A stretch of 27,212 nucleotides of DNA from Candidatus Hydrogenedentota bacterium (GTDB lineage Bacteria; Hydrogenedentota; Hydrogenedentia; Hydrogenedentales; SLHB01): contig JAWXCN010000255.1 in assembly GCA_034408725.1 (NCBI GenBank), forward strand, positions 1 to 27,212, read 5' to 3'. Positions 24,905 to 27,212 of this stretch are shown here, one piece after another. How positions within the stretch are numbered: position 1 is the stretch's first letter; each line of letters begins with the position of its first letter. The translations under genes were made by a program, and so were the position numbers. The notes under the pieces are model-generated. The model ran no database searches. It had not been told where the DNA came from and saw only the letters and a program-made list of their open reading frames with translations.

Positions 24905-25038
24905 GTTTACTCCTCGTACAAGCAAGGATTGATAATTTTATCTATCACCTTGGAAACGCTTTCTAAAAGGGTTGGGATTCCCCTGGGAATATTTGGGAAG
25001 TAATGCAAGCGCCGGTGTGCCCTTTGGCGCGAAAGATA

Positions 25039-25067
25039 TTGACCGCGACCCAAAGATATGGTACGCT
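25039..25067 (+). promoter_or_regulatory. Putative sigma70 promoter of the DUF1559 gene
   Basis: TTGACC (25039-25044), 17-nt spacer ending in TG-G, TACGCT (25062-25067). AAAGATAT direct repeats overlap it. Confidence 0.6.
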
Positions 25068-25155
25068 AGCCTTTATTCTGCATACAGAACAGAAGAACCA
25101 GCTTCCTAAACAGTGTTGAGGCTTGCCGTTTTATAGTGTTGGCAGAGAGGGACTT

Positions 25156-26049
25156 ATGAAAAACCGATTTGGATTCACGCTTATCGAACTTTTGGTTGTC
25201 ATCGCCATTATTGGTATCTTGGCCGCGATTTTGCTCCCGGCACTGGCCCGCGCTCGCGAGGCCGCCCGCCGTGCAAGCTGCCAGAACAATCTGAAACAAA
25301 TCGGACTCGTGATGCACATGTATGCGAGCGAATCCAAAGACAAACTGCCGCCACGCCAAACGTGGAAGTGCAATGGCACACTCGGCGCCGAGATGATTTT
25401 TCGCGGCGAGTCTGTCATCCCCGACTACCTCGACGACTATAACGTGATCTGGTGCCCGTCATGGTCTGCGCAGGCAAGCCCCGTTGCCCGATACGACCAC
25501 GACAAGGGCAACGACAATGGCCAGGTCGAACCCTGCGAGATCGGGAAAGAACCCTACGATTACACGGGCTTCCTGCTGCTCGAAGACATCAACATTCTAG
25601 GGCCACTGGTTGACACGATGGGCTCTGGTCCCGGCGGGCGTCATGAAGAAGGCGAATACGTCAATACGCCGTGGGGCGAACTCGCCGCCGAGAACGTGGC
25701 GACGTTTGGCGAAGCAAGCGATGAAGACTTCGAGGTTTCCGCCGCCTATGCCGGAACGCAGGCCGGTGGTGGAGACACCATTCGCCGGCTGAAGATGGGT
25801 ATCGAGCGTTTCCTGATTACCGATATCAACGACCCGACACGAACCTCCGCGGCTTCGAGCACCGTTCCGGTTCTGTGGGACCACATCACCACGGCCTCAA
25901 TCGATTTTGCGCATGTGCCAGGCGGCGCGAACATTCTATATCTGGATGGCCACGTTCAGTACGAGAAGTATCCGGGCGCTAATTTCCCGATGACGGAAGA
26001 CAGCGCACGCACGTTTGGCCGCTATAACCGGCCGTTTGATGGCTTCTAG
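25156..26049 (+). CDS. Prepilin-type N-terminal cleavage/methylation protein, DUF1559 with H-X9-DG motif, 297 aa
   Basis: [46 protein letters not shown] and C-terminal [23 protein letters not shown] before ATG 25156. Confidence 0.92.
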   Translation: MKNRFGFTLIELLVVIAIIGILAAILLPALARAREAARRASCQNNLKQIGLVMHMYASESKDKLPPRQTWKCNGTLGAEMIFRGESVIPDYLDDYNVIWCPSWSAQASPVARYDHDKGNDNGQVEPCEIGKEPYDYTGFLLLEDINILGPLVDTMGSGPGGRHEEGEYVNTPWGELAAENVATFGEASDEDFEVSAAYAGTQAGGGDTIRRLKMGIERFLITDINDPTRTSAASSTVPVLWDHITTASIDFAHVPGGANILYLDGHVQYEKYPGANFPMTEDSARTFGRYNRPFDGF

Positions 26050-26105
26050 TTAGTCTCCTCGAAGCCTTGACGAACTACACGGCGCGTGCCATTTAAATGA
26101 AACCG

Positions 26106-27035
26106 TTACTGGGCTACGGCGAGTTCGTTCGGCAACTTGAAGTGTACGTTTTCCATCATCACTTCAGACTCGACTACTTCGACCGGACCACGCGCCGCAA
26201 AAAAATCGATAACGCCCTGGACCAGCGTTTCCGGCGCCGAGGCGCCCGCCGTCAATAAAACCGATTCGACGCCGTCAAGCCATGCCGGATCAATCATTTC
26301 CGCGGAGCTGATGAGATAGGCGTTTTGACCTTTGGCATGACAAATCTCGGCGAGGCGATTGGAATTCGCGCTTTCCCGATCGCCGACAACGAGCACCATG
26401 TCAACCTGCGACGACAGGGCGTTTACCGCGGCCTGCCGATTCGTCGTTGCGTAACAAATGTCTGATTTCGGCGGGCCCTGAATTTTTGGGAACTTCTTTT
26501 TCAACGCCATAATGACGCGATCGCAGTCCTCGACGCTCAATGTCGTCTGTGTAATGTACGACACTTTGTCGGGGTTGATGATTTCCAATTTATCGACGTC
26601 GTCTTGCGAAAATACGAGCCGGATGTTCTCCGGCGCCCATCCCATTGTACCCACGGTTTCATCGTGACCCACTTCTCCGATGAGGACGATGGTGAAATCA
26701 CGGGCCGCAAACCGGCGCGCCTCGTTGTGTACTTTTTCCACGAGCGGACAAGTCGCATCGATTACTTCCATCTGATATTTTTCGGCGTGCGCATAACGCT
26801 CGGGGCCAACGCCGTGCGCGCTGAACAACAGGTGCGAGCCAGGCGGCACCTCGTCCATCGTTTTCACAAACACCGCGCCCTTGTTCTTGAGTTCGTTCAC
26901 GACGTGCGCGTTATGCACAATGTCGTTCAACACGTATACCGGCGCGCCATACCGCTCAAGTGACTGTTCGACACATTTGATGGCGCGCTCGACGCCCGCG
27001 CAGAATCCGCGGGGTTTTGCCAGAATAATCTTCAT
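26106..27035 (-). CDS. ispH: 4-hydroxy-3-methylbut-2-enyl diphosphate reductase IspH, 309 aa
   Basis: PRGFCAGV, IVHN, SAHGV, DATCPLV.KVH, GHDE, TQTT, DICYATTNRQ, SANS and TAGASAPE. GGAGG RBS before ATG 27035. Confidence 0.97.
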   Translation of the reverse strand: MKIILAKPRGFCAGVERAIKCVEQSLERYGAPVYVLNDIVHNAHVVNELKNKGAVFVKTMDEVPPGSHLLFSAHGVGPERYAHAEKYQMEVIDATCPLVEKVHNEARRFAARDFTIVLIGEVGHDETVGTMGWAPENIRLVFSQDDVDKLEIINPDKVSYITQTTLSVEDCDRVIMALKKKFPKIQGPPKSDICYATTNRQAAVNALSSQVDMVLVVGDRESANSNRLAEICHAKGQNAYLISSAEMIDPAWLDGVESVLLTAGASAPETLVQGVIDFFAARGPVEVVESEVMMENVHFKLPNELAVAQ

Positions 27036-27212
27036 GAAACCTCCAATACATCCATGCGGACAGGATACGCCGTAGGGATGGTGAACACAAGAAAACCGCT
27101 GAAAAACCTGTGCGCGGAGCAGTTGAGAATACGCGGCGTCGTCTACCGGACGGTCACGGTCGCGCCAATCGGGCACAGCCTGAATAAAGCTTCCGCATGC
27201 TCCGGCTTGAGC

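Noticed and set aside
27036..27212. N-terminal extension of IspH or a riboswitch upstream of it
   Set aside because: The GGAGG RBS and family alignment place the start at 27035. Only short stems (CATCC/GGATG) are present, and I recognise no aptamer motif.

Overview
A GC-rich (by eye about 60%) bacterial chromosomal segment of mostly housekeeping and cell-envelope genes. The DUF1559/H-X9-DG prepilin-like gene and the SBBP surface protein suggest a Hydrogenedentota- or Planctomycetota-like lineage (inference, not checked). Left to right: the 3' part of a probable Ser/Thr kinase-TPR-WD40 gene; a decayed BrnT toxin remnant in front of an intact BrnA-like antitoxin; a secreted SBBP beta-propeller protein with an IPTL-CTERM-like tail; a minus-strand PaaI thioesterase / DUF6901-like / MauE-thioredoxin trio; four-helix-bundle, YihY-wHTH and lipoprotein genes; a tightly coupled anti-sigma kinase / STAS / secreted unknown protein / VanZ cluster followed by class A PBP; the rpmH-rnpA-yidD-yidC-jag-mnmE operon (rpmH is missing from the ORF track, and dnaA is not next to it); an HDOD gene; a decaying hydrolase / erythromycin-esterase-like / phosphoribosyltransferase cassette; a DUF1559 gene; and ispH. 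Non-coding signals: two families of REP/REPIN-like inverted repeats (one with visible stem covariation across four arms), several sigma70-type promoters and two probable leaderless transcripts. I saw no rRNA, tRNA, CRISPR array, transposase or reverse transcriptase. The best candidate for an undescribed system is the partner-switching pair coupled to a secreted, possibly catalytically dead zincin-like protein, VanZ and PBP1A, but this is a hypothesis. All family assignments come from motif recognition by eye, not database searches.
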